From Octopus sinensis (Eukaryota): a stretch of DNA of 64,000 nucleotides. Both the position numbers and the translations under genes were made by a program. The notes under the pieces were generated by a model that did no database searches, was not told where the DNA came from, and worked only from the letters and a program-made list of their open reading frames with translations. Shown here one piece after another: positions 1 to 12,999 of this stretch (positions within the stretch are counted from its first letter, which is position 1; the number at the start of each line of letters is the position of its first letter). The stretch is from the NCBI RefSeq assembly GCF_006345805.1, contig NC_043009.1, forward strand, positions 21,328,001 through 21,392,000, in the 5' to 3' direction.

Positions 1-337
1 GTTTCTAAAAAAAGTAGCAGAACATACGCTAAAAGGGGAGTAATTTCCCCTTTCAAATTTAATTCAAAATTTTTTCCAAATTTCTTCCAAACAATTTTTT
101 TCTTTTCTTATGACATCAAGGTGTTAATTATCTTAGGCTTCAATTGTATGCAAGAAATGTCAGTCGCCTCCAGTGGGGACATCTGAAAGAGTGTTGTAAA
201 ATCCCGTTCACTAGCTGCCCTCGGGCGAACAAAATGTGAAAAAGTTCAGAGTTACAGAAATTACAGATTCTTTTGCCCCTATCAAACGGTACAGCCACCG
301 ATAAAATCGACCATTCCAGTCTAAATGCTGAATTCGC

Positions 338-382
<45 letters not shown>

Positions 383-403
383 TATATATTTATATGTATG
401 TAT

Positions 404-628
404 GTGTATATGCTTGTGTGTCTGTGTTTGTCAACCCAACATCACTTGACAACCGATGCTGGTGTGTTTACGTCCCCGTAACTTAGTGGTTCTACAAAAG
501 AGAATGATAGAATAAGTACTAGGCTTACAAAGAATAAGTCCTGGGGGTCGATTTGCTCGACTACAAGGTGGTGCTCCAGCATAGCCACAGTCAAATGACT
601 GAAACAAGTAAAAGAGTAAAAAGAGAGT
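404..628 (+). mobile_element. 3' body of an abundant SINE family
   Basis: Near-identical to the 3' halves of the complete copies at 21938-22320 (+) and 42148-42560 (-); (GAGTAAAA) tail; preceded by (AT)n. Confidence 0.8.
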
Positions 629-651
629 ATAGTTTTAATATAATTTTTAAT

Positions 652-686
652 ATATCGACCGGTTTCGCTTTCGCTATTCATGATAT
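652..686 (-). ncRNA. Decayed minimal type I hammerhead ribozyme motif at the PLE 3' end
   Basis: Minus strand reads ATATC-ATGAATA-GC GAAA GC-GAAA-CCG-GTC-GATAT: 5-bp stem I, 2-bp stem II, palindromic ACCGGT stem III; core has two substitutions vs CTGANGA. Confidence 0.55.
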
Positions 687-1852
687 TATGGTTTACTTAT
701 TTGAATGTGTATTTTCTTAAGAAGAAATTTTGTCTATGTTGTGTGTGATGATATTTACGAGTGAATGACTTCACAAGTAGAAAAATAAGGGGAGGTAATT
801 GGTTATCGTTATTATTGTTATTGGTGTGGGCAAGGGAGATAACTGTTCAGCTTTCGGTAAGGGAAGGGGATTAAATATGTGTACAGACAAAAAAAATTTC
901 GAAAAACTTGTTTAGTGAGGAGATTTATGTACAGTGATGTAATCATGAATTAAAAAGATAAAAGTTGGTTATGCGTGCATATTAAGACGTGTTCTGTATT
1001 TTTCAATGAAAAAAGTTTCTTTATTTAAACGTTCTTGTGGAAAGATTGTGTCTTTGCACTGGTAGAAGACTGTGAAATTTGGTTGATGTTATCCGCACAT
1101 TTTTCTATATGTTCACTGAGAGAAATTTGCCTGTATTGTGGGAAACGGATTTGCTCTTCTCAATGTCCAATATAGTTGTGTCCGCAACCCGAGTAAGTTA
1201 TTGCATAAATTTGGTTCTCAGATGCACAAGTGAAACTAGTTTTAATTGTGAACCTCTGTCCTTGTTTGAAAAGGAAATCCAAGCCTTCAAGTAAGTTGGG
1301 GCAGGTTCCACAGTTTGGACGTCCACATTTTTTAACCGTTGGTTTCGTGGTTGTTTTGTAAAGCTTCGCATTTGTTAGTAGTCTCTTTAGCGATTTGTGT
1401 TGCTTTTTGCATTTGATGAGTTTGTGCGTTTTCAGGATATCGTTCTTTTCTGGATCTCTAGAGACCGATAGAGACCGATAAAGGAAGATTTTGCACAATA
1501 TTGTTGAATGCCTCACCGTTTCTGGGGTTGTGTGTTGATATAAATATTAGTGTTTTGAGATGAGGTGTGGTGTTATGTTTTGTTGTTCTCAGTGATTTTA
1601 TGTCTAATTTTTTGACACGTTTAATTTCCTCGTCTATATGTGAGGGTGTCTTTCAGTATGCGTTGTTTTGAGGTCTTGAAAACGAAGGTCCCGAGTTTTT
1701 CTGTCAGACACTATTGTGCAAATCCTTTTTGCCAAATTGAAAGGAATATTTATTTTGATGTGTTTCAGGTGGCATGAGATAAAGAGTTATTATTTGATTG
1801 TTGACTTTTTTTATCATGATGTCTAAAAATGGAAGCTGTTCTTTGTTATAGT

Positions 1853-2501
1853 GCTTATTTACACTGTCATTATGTGTGAGATGTTTCCGTTACGGTCGTT
1901 TAGGCTCAAATACCTGGATATCGGCTCAACATGCCTTTTCGTTCCAGTAGGTCACATGACCTTGTGATTAGACGAACTTGTTTGTATTGGTCGGTTTCCA
2001 GCCGTCCAGTCGTGTTCGTTTTTCTTACGCAGGAAATTAATCACCAGCTCTGGAGCCTCCTGACCATACACAACTTGTCTCCAGCAACGATGTATCTGAC
2101 ACCAGTCAGTCTCCACTTTCATCTTCTCCACCTGACGCCTGCCCACATCATTGCTATATGAACATTACACGCCCAACAAACCAACGGTTGCCTCTGCACA
2201 CCACCAAACAGTCCAGCCTAACCACGAAGTCTCTCGCACATCTTTGTTGTTACCAGTTGTTATCTTATTCCATTGTATTTTATAACGGAGACTAAATCGT
2301 TGCTTATCACTTCATTTTTATGTCAAGTCGTATATAATTTTCACATTTCCCTTATCATCTTCGTTATATATCTATGTGTATGCTTGTGTGTCTCTATTTG
2401 TCCACCCCACTCCATCATCGCTTGACAACCAGTGTTGGTGTGTTTACGTCCCCGTAACTTAGCAGTTCGGCAAAAGAGACCGATAAAATACGTACTTAAC
2501 A
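1853..2501. mobile_element. 649-bp insertion splitting the Penelope RT; includes a truncated SINE body (~2375-2495)
   Basis: 11-bp TSD TTTGTTATAGT at 1842-1852 and 2502-2512; PLE RT homology resumes on both sides. Confidence 0.75.
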
Positions 2502-4142
2502 TTTGTTATAGTACCATTGTGAATTGAATGTTACTATTTATATCATTTAGTGTTTATTTGAAATCCAGAAGTTTGTCGATATTCTTCCAAATGATAAAAT
2601 AGTCATCCAGGTATCTTTTCTAATTTTCTCTAATTTTCTCTTATGTAGAGGTAAAATGGGTAACCATATTTCTGAAGTGATACTTCATATAAGGTGAATT
2701 CAAAATAACCGATTATTAGGTTCGCAAGGACGGGGACTACTTTCGTCCCCATCGCAATTCCGCATTTCTGACGATAGTATGTGTCATCAAATAGGAAATC
2801 ATTGTGCTGCAATATAAATTTTAAAGATTCAATAATAAAAATTTGATTTATGCGTTCCGGGAGTACTTCGGGGTACTTTTCCAACCAAAATGTAATTGCT
2901 TTTATTCCATAGTCATGGTGGATGTTGGTGTAAAGATTGATAACATCGAGGGTAACCAATATTGCCGCTTCATTAATTGTTTTTGGTAGATGTTCTAACA
3001 TTTTGGTAGGTGTCTAAATTGTCTCTGATAAAACTTTTAATCAAACATTATATATATATACAGACAGTGAGAGAGAGAAAGAGAACGAGAGAGAGAGGGA
3101 GAGGGAGGGAGTGGTTAGGGGAGACAGTGGGCCTTTCGTTACAGCGACTGGGATATCAAATGTGTCTGAAATAAAAAATGACTTTTCCGCGTCTGTCTGT
3201 ATGTGTTGATGTGAAATGGTACTCTCTTTCCCACGTGACAAAGTGGTATGAACCAGCCACTATAAAGTCAGACAGTCAGTCATTGTTGGCAATCAGTAGT
3301 TATATATAGAGTCGTACGCGTTCTCATTTGGAGTCAGTGTCAGTTACGTGATATATACGAGTTCGAGTTACCGTAAAGGTAGACGCCTCAAAGTCATTGT
3401 CTTGCGTAGTTATCAGCGATAGCTCGGTAGACGAGTCAAAGATAATAAGACGCGGAATACCGCCACAACATAATAGCGGTGACAAGAATATTACAATGCC
3501 GACAATAACATGCAAGTGGACGAGGATCCACATTATAACAGTATGTGTGTAGACACACACACACACACACACACAGAGAGGCATATGTGATAAAACAAAC
3601 TTCAAAGATATGACACTCTGGTCTCTAATCAATTTCTCTCCTCTCAGCTTTTCTGCGAAGGACTGTCTGTAATGTTGCGTTTCCCATACCCCACGGCAAG
3701 TTCACTGTAGTCTTTTTATCGATTTTATATACATACATACATACATATATATGCATGCCCGCACGCACATGTGTGTGTATGTAATTGCGTGCATTTTGAG
3801 GAGAATTGAATTAAGTACGAAAAATTAGATCGAAACTACACAGATATCAATAATCTATTCGAATACTGAACTTGTAATTGTGTTTGTCTTTCTAAGGTTG
3901 GTCATTTTCCTTAATTATTCAAATGTACATTGACTTTTGATATTGTCTCCCTTTTAAATTTGGTATTGGTTCGAATGGCTACCAAGCAATTGTCCTATCT
4001 TCTCAGAAAAGCGGAGACAGATTCAATATTTCAAGAATTTGTCTTCTATAGAATTTAATGTACCTTAATTAGTCTTTCTTGTTTAAAAAATATGCCATTG
4101 GTCACGCTGAGTTATTTTTCTAAGTTCATTTTCGTTTTAAAT

Positions 4143-4279
4143 AGTGTGTGTGTGTGTATGTATGTATGTATGTATGTATGTATGTATGTATGTATGTATG
4201 TATGTATGTATGTATGTATGTATGCATGTACGAATGTGTGTGTATGTGTATATATATATGTGTATATATGTATATGATA

Positions 4280-4315
<36 letters not shown>

Positions 4316-4350
4316 TGTATGTATGTATGTATGTATGTATGTATATATGC
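4143..4350. repeat. Compound (TG)/(TATG)n/(TA)n microsatellite
   Basis: Directly visible; accounts for the spurious MYVC/HTYI ORFs. Confidence 0.95.
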
Positions 4351-4770
4351 ATATATACCATTGGGAGTGAAGTACTCCTAGCCTTTGTCAGGGCATCCTT
4401 CTAGGAGAAGGTAACTCAGGTAACTGGGATAACTCCGACATAAAACCTGCGGCTCAGTGGTTACCGATGATGTTGACTTGTTCTTCTTTTCGGATTATGG
4501 CTGCTGTTGCTTAGTGAATGGGATTGACTCAGTGCACAACCTTTCCTCACTTTAAAAAAAATCTTCTTGCATAGGCATTGCACGATAACAACATTGTTCA
4601 TGATTGTTGATAGTGCTGTGAGTCTCAACTGAATGGCTGGCTGTAGCCTTAAAAAGCCAATAAAAGTCACATTCGATCACAGCACCAATAATAGTTAAGC
4701 TTCGTGCAATGGCCATACTCGATAACGAGGGGGCAGCCATCATATATGCATATATGTATCCATATATATT

Positions 4771-4809
<39 letters not shown>

Positions 4810-6129
4810 ATATATATCCATATATATTTGTATATAGTTATACGCATATACACACACGTGCATACGCACGCACACACATGTGTGCGCGTGTGTATTTTAT
4901 AAAGCGTTGACAGTCTACTCTGAATTTCACCCATCTTCAAATGTAATGATAGCACTCTTCTTCTCCACCCACCCACCCTCTCTCTCTCTCTCCATTTCAT
5001 GTTAGAGAAAAAAGAAAAAAATTCTAATTCTCATAAATATGTAGAAAACTGAAGCAAAATGGATGTTTTTAACTGCTATGTTCTAATAGAAATCCAAAAT
5101 GTGTCAATAGGTCATTCTACACGCTTGATTTAAGCTGGCGATTGTTGGACTTTTGAAGCCTATTTTCCTTCTTTAGATAATTTCAAATTAAATTTTTATA
5201 AGCAAGTTTATAAATTTCGGAAAAATAGAAGTTTGATTTCTTTTTCCAGTTGTTTTTACGCCTCAAGTGTAGAATTTCTAAGTTATCGTCTTTACTTCCA
5301 TTTTTCCATCTCAATCAGTTTCATTTTCGAAGAGAGTATATTATCATCTTTACCTTACATACGTGTTGATATTATCAAGATGCATAAATATATCTATAAA
5401 ATTAATTATTGCAGTCTAGAAATACAAAATTCACGATATTTACAAAAGCGTTCGTGAGTTTATCCTTTAACACAATGAAAACGGATAAGAAAAGGGAAGG
5501 GAAACAACTCTTTCTGGAGTTCATGTATGCGGTATAGCATCTTACTGCTTCATGGCCACCTAGCATCTTTGGATACAATTGAACGCTTGCACTGTGAATC
5601 TAAATTTATAGAAATTTGCTCCAGTAAGCGAGTCTTCAGTGATTTGCTTTTAATGAAATTAATCATTTTAACAAATTGATCTATTCGTCAAAAAATACAC
5701 AGTCGGAAAAGTTTTCTGCCCAATAGAGAGAGACAGACAGACAGACAGAGCGAGAAAAAGAGAGAGAGAGAGATGGAGGGAGAGAGGGGAGAGAGAAAAC
5801 GAAATTTAAATATCTATTATTAAATATTTTTCAGTGGCACGTACATTTTTCACTTTATTGACACTAAACACTAAACGAAGTTACTTTTGAGGACTGTTCA
5901 CTTTCAAGTTTATAATCTCAACCGCTATGATTTCTTTTAATTAATTTCAGATTTACTGGTAATACTGACTGTTCGGAATGCTACTATGCAGGTGTGCATG
6001 CATACATATATATTTGCACACATATATGCATGTATACATATATACAAATATTTCGGACTAAATTTGACTGTTTCCATGAAAGGAAAAGTATTTAAAACAA
6101 ACAAGAAATACCAAATTAGATTATGGCTG

Positions 6130-7050
6130 GGAGATAACAGTTTTGCTCAAAGTACCCACCCTCAACTTCCACCATGTCCTCAAGACAGCTCCGGTATCTG
6201 TTGCATGCGTCCTTTACTGTGCCTCTGGTAAGATCTTCGACATCTTCATGATCTTACAACACCAGCTCGGCTTTGGTGTTGCAGGCAGAGCTCTTGGTGT
6301 CTTTCTCAACCACGCCACACACATAATAATCCTTGGGAATTAGGACGCCACACACATAATAATCGAGGGAATTAGGACGCCAGAAATTGGAACTGCTGAA
6401 GTCGTAGAAATTCTCCGACAACCACTTCTGACTCTTTCTGAAGGTATGGCCAGGACCCGAGTTCTGCTGGCACATGTATGGCCTTCCAGCAGCAACCCAC
6501 TCCAGCCAAGGTTTAGCTACTCCATATAGCCTAAGGTCCCGTTGTAAGATGTGTGGCATGACATCACCCTCACTGGGGACACACCCAACGACATTACAGT
6601 TTAGGGCAATCCACCTGTCCCGAGTGTTGTGCAACTGGTTCTAGTAGAAATTCTTTTCATCTGAGAATAACCAGATCATCCCCGGATCAGCAGGATTCCT
6701 CAGCTTGTTCAGGAACTTTTTAATCTTCATCAAGCGGTCCTCCTTAGTTTTGACTGTCAAAATTCGTCCCTTGCGTCTTTTACAAAGGTTCCTGATTCGG
6801 GGACTGCTGCACGCTGGCGACTCCAACACCCAACTTTCTCACCAAAGTGCAGTTTCCCTTGATCGGATCTTTCCTCACTTTATCCTGTAGTTTGCGGATT
6901 CATTCCGGCGTGCAGATGTAGTCGGAACACTTGCCATGTCCCTTCTTGCAGAACCGGCTCCGTAATCTCCGATGCAGCAGTCCATGTCACGTCTTAGAGC
7001 TTTCACAGTGTTCACAGAACACTGAGTAGAAGTCATGATGGCATTTTGAT
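6130..7050 (-). mobile_element. Degenerate Tc1/mariner-superfamily transposon, probably maT (DD37D) type
   Basis: WLFSDEKNF, QQNSGPGH and WRPNS-LDYY motifs; spacing fits 37 if the missing PDxNP is restored; internal ~37-bp tandem duplication at ~6312-6385. Confidence 0.7.
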
Positions 7051-7301
7051 ACCCGGATTAAATCATCAAATATTCAAATGGCTTTCAGTCCGCCATGTCA
7101 GCTAACTTTTCTCAACTACACTTTTAATCTTCAAACTCTCCGACGCCGATGGTTATTTACTAATACAGAAGCTATTCCTAAAAAAGGAGACATGAAAAAA
7201 TTATTAAATTTAGCCCTGAACACTCTGAATATGCATGTGTGTGTGTGTGTGTGTGATATATAAACACACACACTTATATAAATTTACACATATGCATATA
7301 A

Positions 7302-7332
<31 letters not shown>

Positions 7333-7420
7333 TGTTATGTATGTATGTATGTATGTATGTATGTATCTATGTATGTATGTTTTGCATGCAAGTGGGTCGG
7401 CTGAAAAGTATGTATGCATG

Positions 7421-10158
7421 TGTAGTGATCATATAACGGTGCGCGCACGCACCGTCCATTTTCTATTTCGCGCGTGCGAGTGTTGGTGCCTTCACCAAGG
7501 CACAGCAAGTAAGGGCCCTCTCGCGCATGCGCGAACCACCGGAAGCACGACCCATTTGCCTACGTGGTAGTTAGCCAAGGCAAGGGGGTCGTAGAACGTT
7601 TGACCGCTAGCAGCAGCAGCCAGGAACTTGGGACAGCAGCGACCGAAGGCGACAGACGTCTATTTTCTCGCTGTCCAGCTCTGATAGCAGTCGGCCGAAG
7701 GTTTTCACCAAATTGTTGCCGACCACATTCATCTTCCCTGTTCCGGACGCCATCTTTAACCCGTTCTGTTTTAGCGGCTGAGCATTGTAAATATTACAAT
7801 CGATTAACTTTCAGCCTTGCGCGCCCAGAACCAAGGACATCAGATAACCACTTATTGTTACTGTTACCACATTAGAGAATAAAGTAGTATATATATTATT
7901 TACGTCTGCGTCTTGTTGTTTCTGACTGGTAGAATTCTGGATTATTAAAGCAACGAATAGTGATTGCCTCTTGTACCCCGAAAGTACAAGAGAAGATATT
8001 CACACTAAGTTCTTTACAGTGGTGACCCCCCGACGTGATTCTGGTCTAAAACCAGAGATCACTTAACAACAAAGAAATCCAGTTTTTCTGCGAAGTCGGA
8101 ACACGATTAACTCTACGCATTCATCTTTCGATGATTTGTTTCCGTCCACTCGGACCGTTATAGAAGGAGCCCTTTTTCTTATTCTTCAACAATGATGACG
8201 GACGCCATCAATTCATCGATGCTTTTTCTCTGCCTTCGTCATCATCATCGTCGTCTTTCTACTTCACGTCGTCGTTATCTTCGTCGCCATCATCACTAAG
8301 AACAATGTTGTCTCAAGTCCATTACAGTCGCCTTCCACCACCACCGTCGCCTTTCAACACCGTCGACCAAGATGTACATAGCAACTCGCGGAACTTTAGC
8401 GTGCACGCTGTATGTGCATATGCACACCAAGGATTAACAGCACCGTCTATCTACGAGATTCTTCTGTTCCAGTTAACCTGTCACAGCATTGAAGCCACAA
8501 CCGTTACACGATATGTGTCCAATCGGCATCTGCATTTGTGATCTCAACATTCTGTTACAGAACGAACTGCTATTGTGCATCAGGCTATTACAGACTGGTA
8601 AATTAACTCTAGTCTGGAATGGCCTTGAGAGACATTTTTTTCTATGCGCTGTATTTTTATTTTTGCTCGCATTCACCTTGGATGTATTTTTGTCGCACAC
8701 ACGTACACACACATAAATGCTATCTCTCACATACATACGTCACACATGCTTTTCTCGCTTGTTTTTTTCCATGCTAAATTTGCCTTTTGTGGACACCCCT
8801 CATTTCTATAGACCCTAGCGGTCACGTATACATAGAGAGGGTTGTTTGTCCATTATAACGCGCCGGCATGCCATACCTTTGTTCCTGTACGAACGAGGCA
8901 TATAGTCGCTTAACCACTGGCATATTCATTGCTGTTTTTCGGTCTGGCAAGCTCTATTGCATTTCATGCGCCCTTTGCTTCGCACGTGTATTGCCTTGTT
9001 TTTTGCAACACGTTTGCGTTGGCTTAGTTTTTTTTCCCGACTCATAGGACGTCGGATGTTCACATGCGCTGCGCCATGTTTAGGCGTAATTATTTTTCCC
9101 TGTTAGACCACTGTTGGTCACGTAATTAACAGAAAATTATCTGTGTCGCGCATCACACCAGCATGTTTGCACTTTTGCCTTTTGTGTTACTAGCGAGCTT
9201 CTGTCAATTCCATTTCCTCTCCTGCAGCAATTGATTTAACTGCTATTTTGCAGGATCAACCACCATTAGAGAAGTTGGATTTAATTTCGCCTAGGTTCAT
9301 TGACTGTGAGTTTTGCTTTCCCTCCGCTCCTTACAGCGGAAGGCTTTATACTTTGTGACGTATACACTTTCATGCATGCACTCTTGATTTTTGCTCATTG
9401 AGTATTTTTTCTCTTTTTCCTTTAGTAAATTTCTTGTGCATGTTATAAATTTTGCCATTTTATTATATTGTGTGCTATTTGGTTATCTGGTGTCCACCTT
9501 GAGTTTTGCAGTCACTACAATAAGTTTCCTTCGTGCGTACGCACTGGAGGGGAGCCTTGTAGTGATCCTATAACGGTGCGCGCGCGCGCACCGTCCATTT
9601 TCTATTTCGCGCGTGCGAGTGTTGGTGCCTTTACCAAGGCACAGCAAGGAAGGGCCCTCTCGCGCATGCGCGAACCACCGGAAGCACGACCCTTTTGCCT
9701 ACGTGGTAGTTAGCCAAGGCAAGGGGGTCGTAGAACGTTTGACCGCTAGCAGCAGCAGCCAGGAACTTGGGACAGCAGCGATCGAAGGCGACGGACGTCT
9801 ATTTTCTCGCTGTCCAACTCTGATAGCAGTCGGCCGAAGGTTTTCACCAAATTGTTGCCGACCACATTCATCTTCCCTGTTCCGGACGCCATCTTTAACC
9901 CGTTCTGTTTTAGCGGCTGAGCATTGTAAATATTACAATCGATTAACTTTCAGCCTTGCGCGCCCAGAACCAAGGACATCAGATAACCACTTATTGTTAC
10001 TGTTACCACATTAGAGAATAAAGTAGTATATATATTATTTACGTCTGCGTCTTGTTGTTTCTGACTGGTAGAATTCTGGATTATTAAAGCAACGAATAGT
10101 GATTGCCTCTTGTACCCCGAAAGTACAAGAGAAGATATTCACACTAAGTCTCGTTACA
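7421..10158 (+). mobile_element. Non-autonomous Gypsy-type LTR element
   Basis: LTRs 7421-8018 and 9558-10158 (TGTAG..TTACA, about ten differences); 4-bp TSD CATG; PBS 8020-8039; PPT GGAGGGGAG 9546-9554; no pol motifs in the 1.5-kb interior. Confidence 0.9.
8020..8039 (+). promoter_or_regulatory. Primer binding site complementary to the tRNA-Trp 3' end
   Basis: TGGTGACCCCCCGACGTGAT vs canonical TGGTGACCCCGACGTGAT (two extra C). Confidence 0.8.
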
Positions 10159-10169
10159 CATGTATGCAT

Positions 10170-11250
10170 GCAAGTGGGTCGGCTGAAAAGTTCATAGGAT
10201 ATGATCAAGACAGTCTCATGGAATATGTCGAAATGTGATTTATTTTTCAACATAGTCCCTCTTGCGGCCTACCCACTTCTTCCATTGGTGTTGCAGTGCT
10301 TGGATTCCATTGCTGAATAAACTTTAATCTATCGGTAAAAAAAAAGTCATCAACAGCAGATATGACGTTATCATCACTGCGAGACTGGTTCTCGACCAGG
10401 TGTCTTTTCTTGTTCCGTAACAGTTGATAGTCAGATGAGGCCAAATCAGGAGAATAGGGACAGTAATCAGCCACTTCAAAGACACAGTCACGCACAGCAG
10501 CCATTGAAACCAAGGACTTGTGTACTGGAGCATTGCTCTGATAAAACAGGACCCTTTTCGTTAGTTTTCCTGTGCGTTTCGTCTTGTTAGCTCTTCATAA
10601 CTGCCTCGGCAAGTACTCTTCACTGATAGTGCAGCCCTTTTAAAAATAGTAAATTAACACAATGCCTTTTGCATCTCAAAAAAAGTGAGGCCATCACTTT
10701 CCCTCCAAATAAGTCGACCTTGGCCTTCTTTGGAGCAGGTGAGATGGTACTTCCACTGCATGGATTGTCACTTTGTCTCTGGCTCAAAGTTTGAAGCCAG
10801 CATTCATCCTGGATTTGGAAACGTTCAAGGAAATCAACTGGATCTGCCTCAAACAATGTCAGATTTTCCCTGGTACCTACTGAACAGACACCTTCGTTAT
10901 GCCAAGTTCAATCGCTTGTCATTCATTAGCATGTGATGAACATGATCAATGTTTTCCTCGGTATTGGCAATTGCAGGACGTCAAAACCTTGGGCCATCTC
11001 CAAGACTCTTCCTTCCCCTCCTAAATTCAGTGGCCCACTTTTGCACTGTTGATAAAGTTGAAGCGTCATCACCTAGTGTAGGAATGAATGCTGTTGGGGG
11101 CTAAATCCTTTTCTGCAGATATTTGATAATACCACAATGCCAAATTTTGTTCATTTTCAAGAAATGTCGCTATTAGTTACTTTTAGAGTTTTCTTTGAAG
11201 AGTCGGATGTCAGTTCGCTGGAAAGAAACAATGTAGTCATTTATAGGACG
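10170..11250 (-). mobile_element. Degenerate mariner (DD34D) transposon
   Basis: CPYSPDLASSDY and FLERFQIQDECW (TGDE-like) motifs; terminal GGGTCGGCTGAAAAGTTCATAGG; second TIR not found. Confidence 0.8.
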
Positions 11251-11344
11251 AGTTGAAATTAATGCATGCATATATTCATAGTTCAAGCATCACTAATTCG
11301 TATACAGATTATGAATTTTTCAGTCCACACACATACGCGCGCGC

Positions 11345-11359
11345 GCACATGCGCACACA

Positions 11360-11458
<99 letters not shown>

Positions 11459-11475
11459 ACACACACACACACAAA
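11345..11475. repeat. (CA)n microsatellite
   Basis: Directly visible. Confidence 0.95.
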
Positions 11476-11639
11476 TACATGCACGCCTATATTTATAAAT
11501 ACGGGCGTGCATGAGCGTTCTCGCCTAAGATAATTAATTGATCTTGGGTAAACACAATTTCTTGCAAAATTCAAGGGAGATAATAATCAAGATATTCATA
11601 AGTTATCTCTGATTTATTTCGAAATCTCGTTCAGTCTCG

Positions 11640-12560
11640 TGTAACTCGTGCAGACCATCCAAAATTAAGACCGGTATTAACATTTCCAAGTTGAACGCTT
11701 GAACGATTGTGAAGATCTCTTCACATGAAACATTGATGGTTTCTGATTCGTAAAGAAGAATGGCCTTGACATTGGAATTGAAAATGCGGACTTATGTGTT
11801 GAGGTATATAACTTTAAGGTTGGAACCGGCCGAAGAATGTTGAAAGCATGCCAGACCTCCCCGATCCTGAGCCTCACATCCCCCAATGTCATACCCGTCT
11901 TTGATACGATGCTAGATACACAAACTTTACGGTTTCCGGTGGGCTTCACTTCCATTTCAAATCGGTTTCTGGTGACAGGTGTTCAAACTCAAAAATTCCA
12001 TCTTGTTCTGGTTCACTCAGAGTTCCATTTTCATCGCCTTTTCAATTAACTTCGTGACTTTGGACTGCATCTCCTGGTGGTCATGTAATAGCAGCCCTAG
12101 GTCTTCTGCATAACAGAGATCTTCCAGTTGTTTCACGGCTATCCATCTGATCCCAGTGTCACTTCTTGGTATTACCTCATTCATGATCCAGTCGATTACT
12201 AGCAAAAACATCATTGGTGACAGTTGGCAACTTTGCCTTACACCAGTTTGAACTGTGAAAGGTTCTATTAGTTTGTCGTTATGGATGACCAGTAAGGCGA
12301 AGTTCAATCTAAGTTGGTGCCATCTTCCGCACATCGTTGCATGTAAGTGGCCTTTGCAATGAATTGTCCTAATTTGCTCACTGTCCTTGTTGAGACAGTT
12401 GTACTGCTTTTGTGTGTTTCATTTTGTCTCCCTCTTTCTTTACTTCTTTGATTATCAAGTTTGACGGTCGTTACCTGTAGTCTTGCATTTTGCTTTACCT
12501 AGCCCTTGTCTCCTTGTCTGAGTAAATCCAATAACTTCCTTTTAGGTAAGCATTTTTTAA
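11640..12560 (-). mobile_element. RTE-clade LINE RT fragment (distinct from the dominant RTE family)
   Basis: TGVRQSCQLSPMMFLLVIDW, LEDLCYAED and SIVSKTG..DVRLRIG motifs. Confidence 0.75.
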
Positions 12561-12599
12561 ACATCAGCTGTGGCGTCTAGGACTTTCCGGTGAAGCCGG

Positions 12600-12745
12600 G
12601 TGGATTACTGGTTTCGGTATTCAGCTCACAGTCATAAAGTCGTCAGTTCGATTCCTGGCCGAGCATTGTGTGCTTGAGCAAGACATTTTATTTCACGTTG
12701 CTCCAGTCCACTCAGCTGGCAAAAATGAGTTGTACCCTGTTGTAA
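12600..12745 (+). mobile_element. tRNA-derived SINE fragment with conserved central domain
   Basis: GTTCGATTCC B-box; TTTATTTCACGTTGCTCCAGTCCACTCAGCTGGCAAAAATGAGT shared with 23077-23400 (-). Confidence 0.65.
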
Positions 12746-12999
12746 TCCAACGTCGGACTGTTATAAAGTCCACTGCGGTATAGCAGTATAGTTAGTTAGA
12801 TAGGTAAGTCACAACTACCTATGAGCCCCTTTTTCTTGTCTGAATCACTAAGTGCAAGCATATCATTATCCATCCATACACACGTTTCCCCCCACAATAT
12901 TTCGATTCTCTCTGAGACACTGTCTCGCAAACCGGAACACCCTAAGTCTCTGAGCTCCACGCTGCAGGACATTGGCAAACCTCTTCCTGTCTGCTTCTG

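Larger units (their letters stand above)
640..3040 (-). mobile_element. Degenerate Penelope-like element (RT + GIY-YIG endonuclease)
   Basis: ORF 2630-3001 has PLE RT motifs (LDVINLYTNI, YRQKCGIAMGT) followed by RYLDD and LPFLD (~1815-1835); ORF 1160-1516 has CGRPNCGTC..FTCASENQIYAI..YIG; many stops and frameshifts. Confidence 0.85.

Noticed and set aside
4092-5000. Many 60-110 aa ORFs rich in MYVC/HTYI/IYIY
   Set aside because: Translations of microsatellites; the same applies at 7210-7420, 11250-11570, 45039-45236, 53691-54163 and 58009-58954
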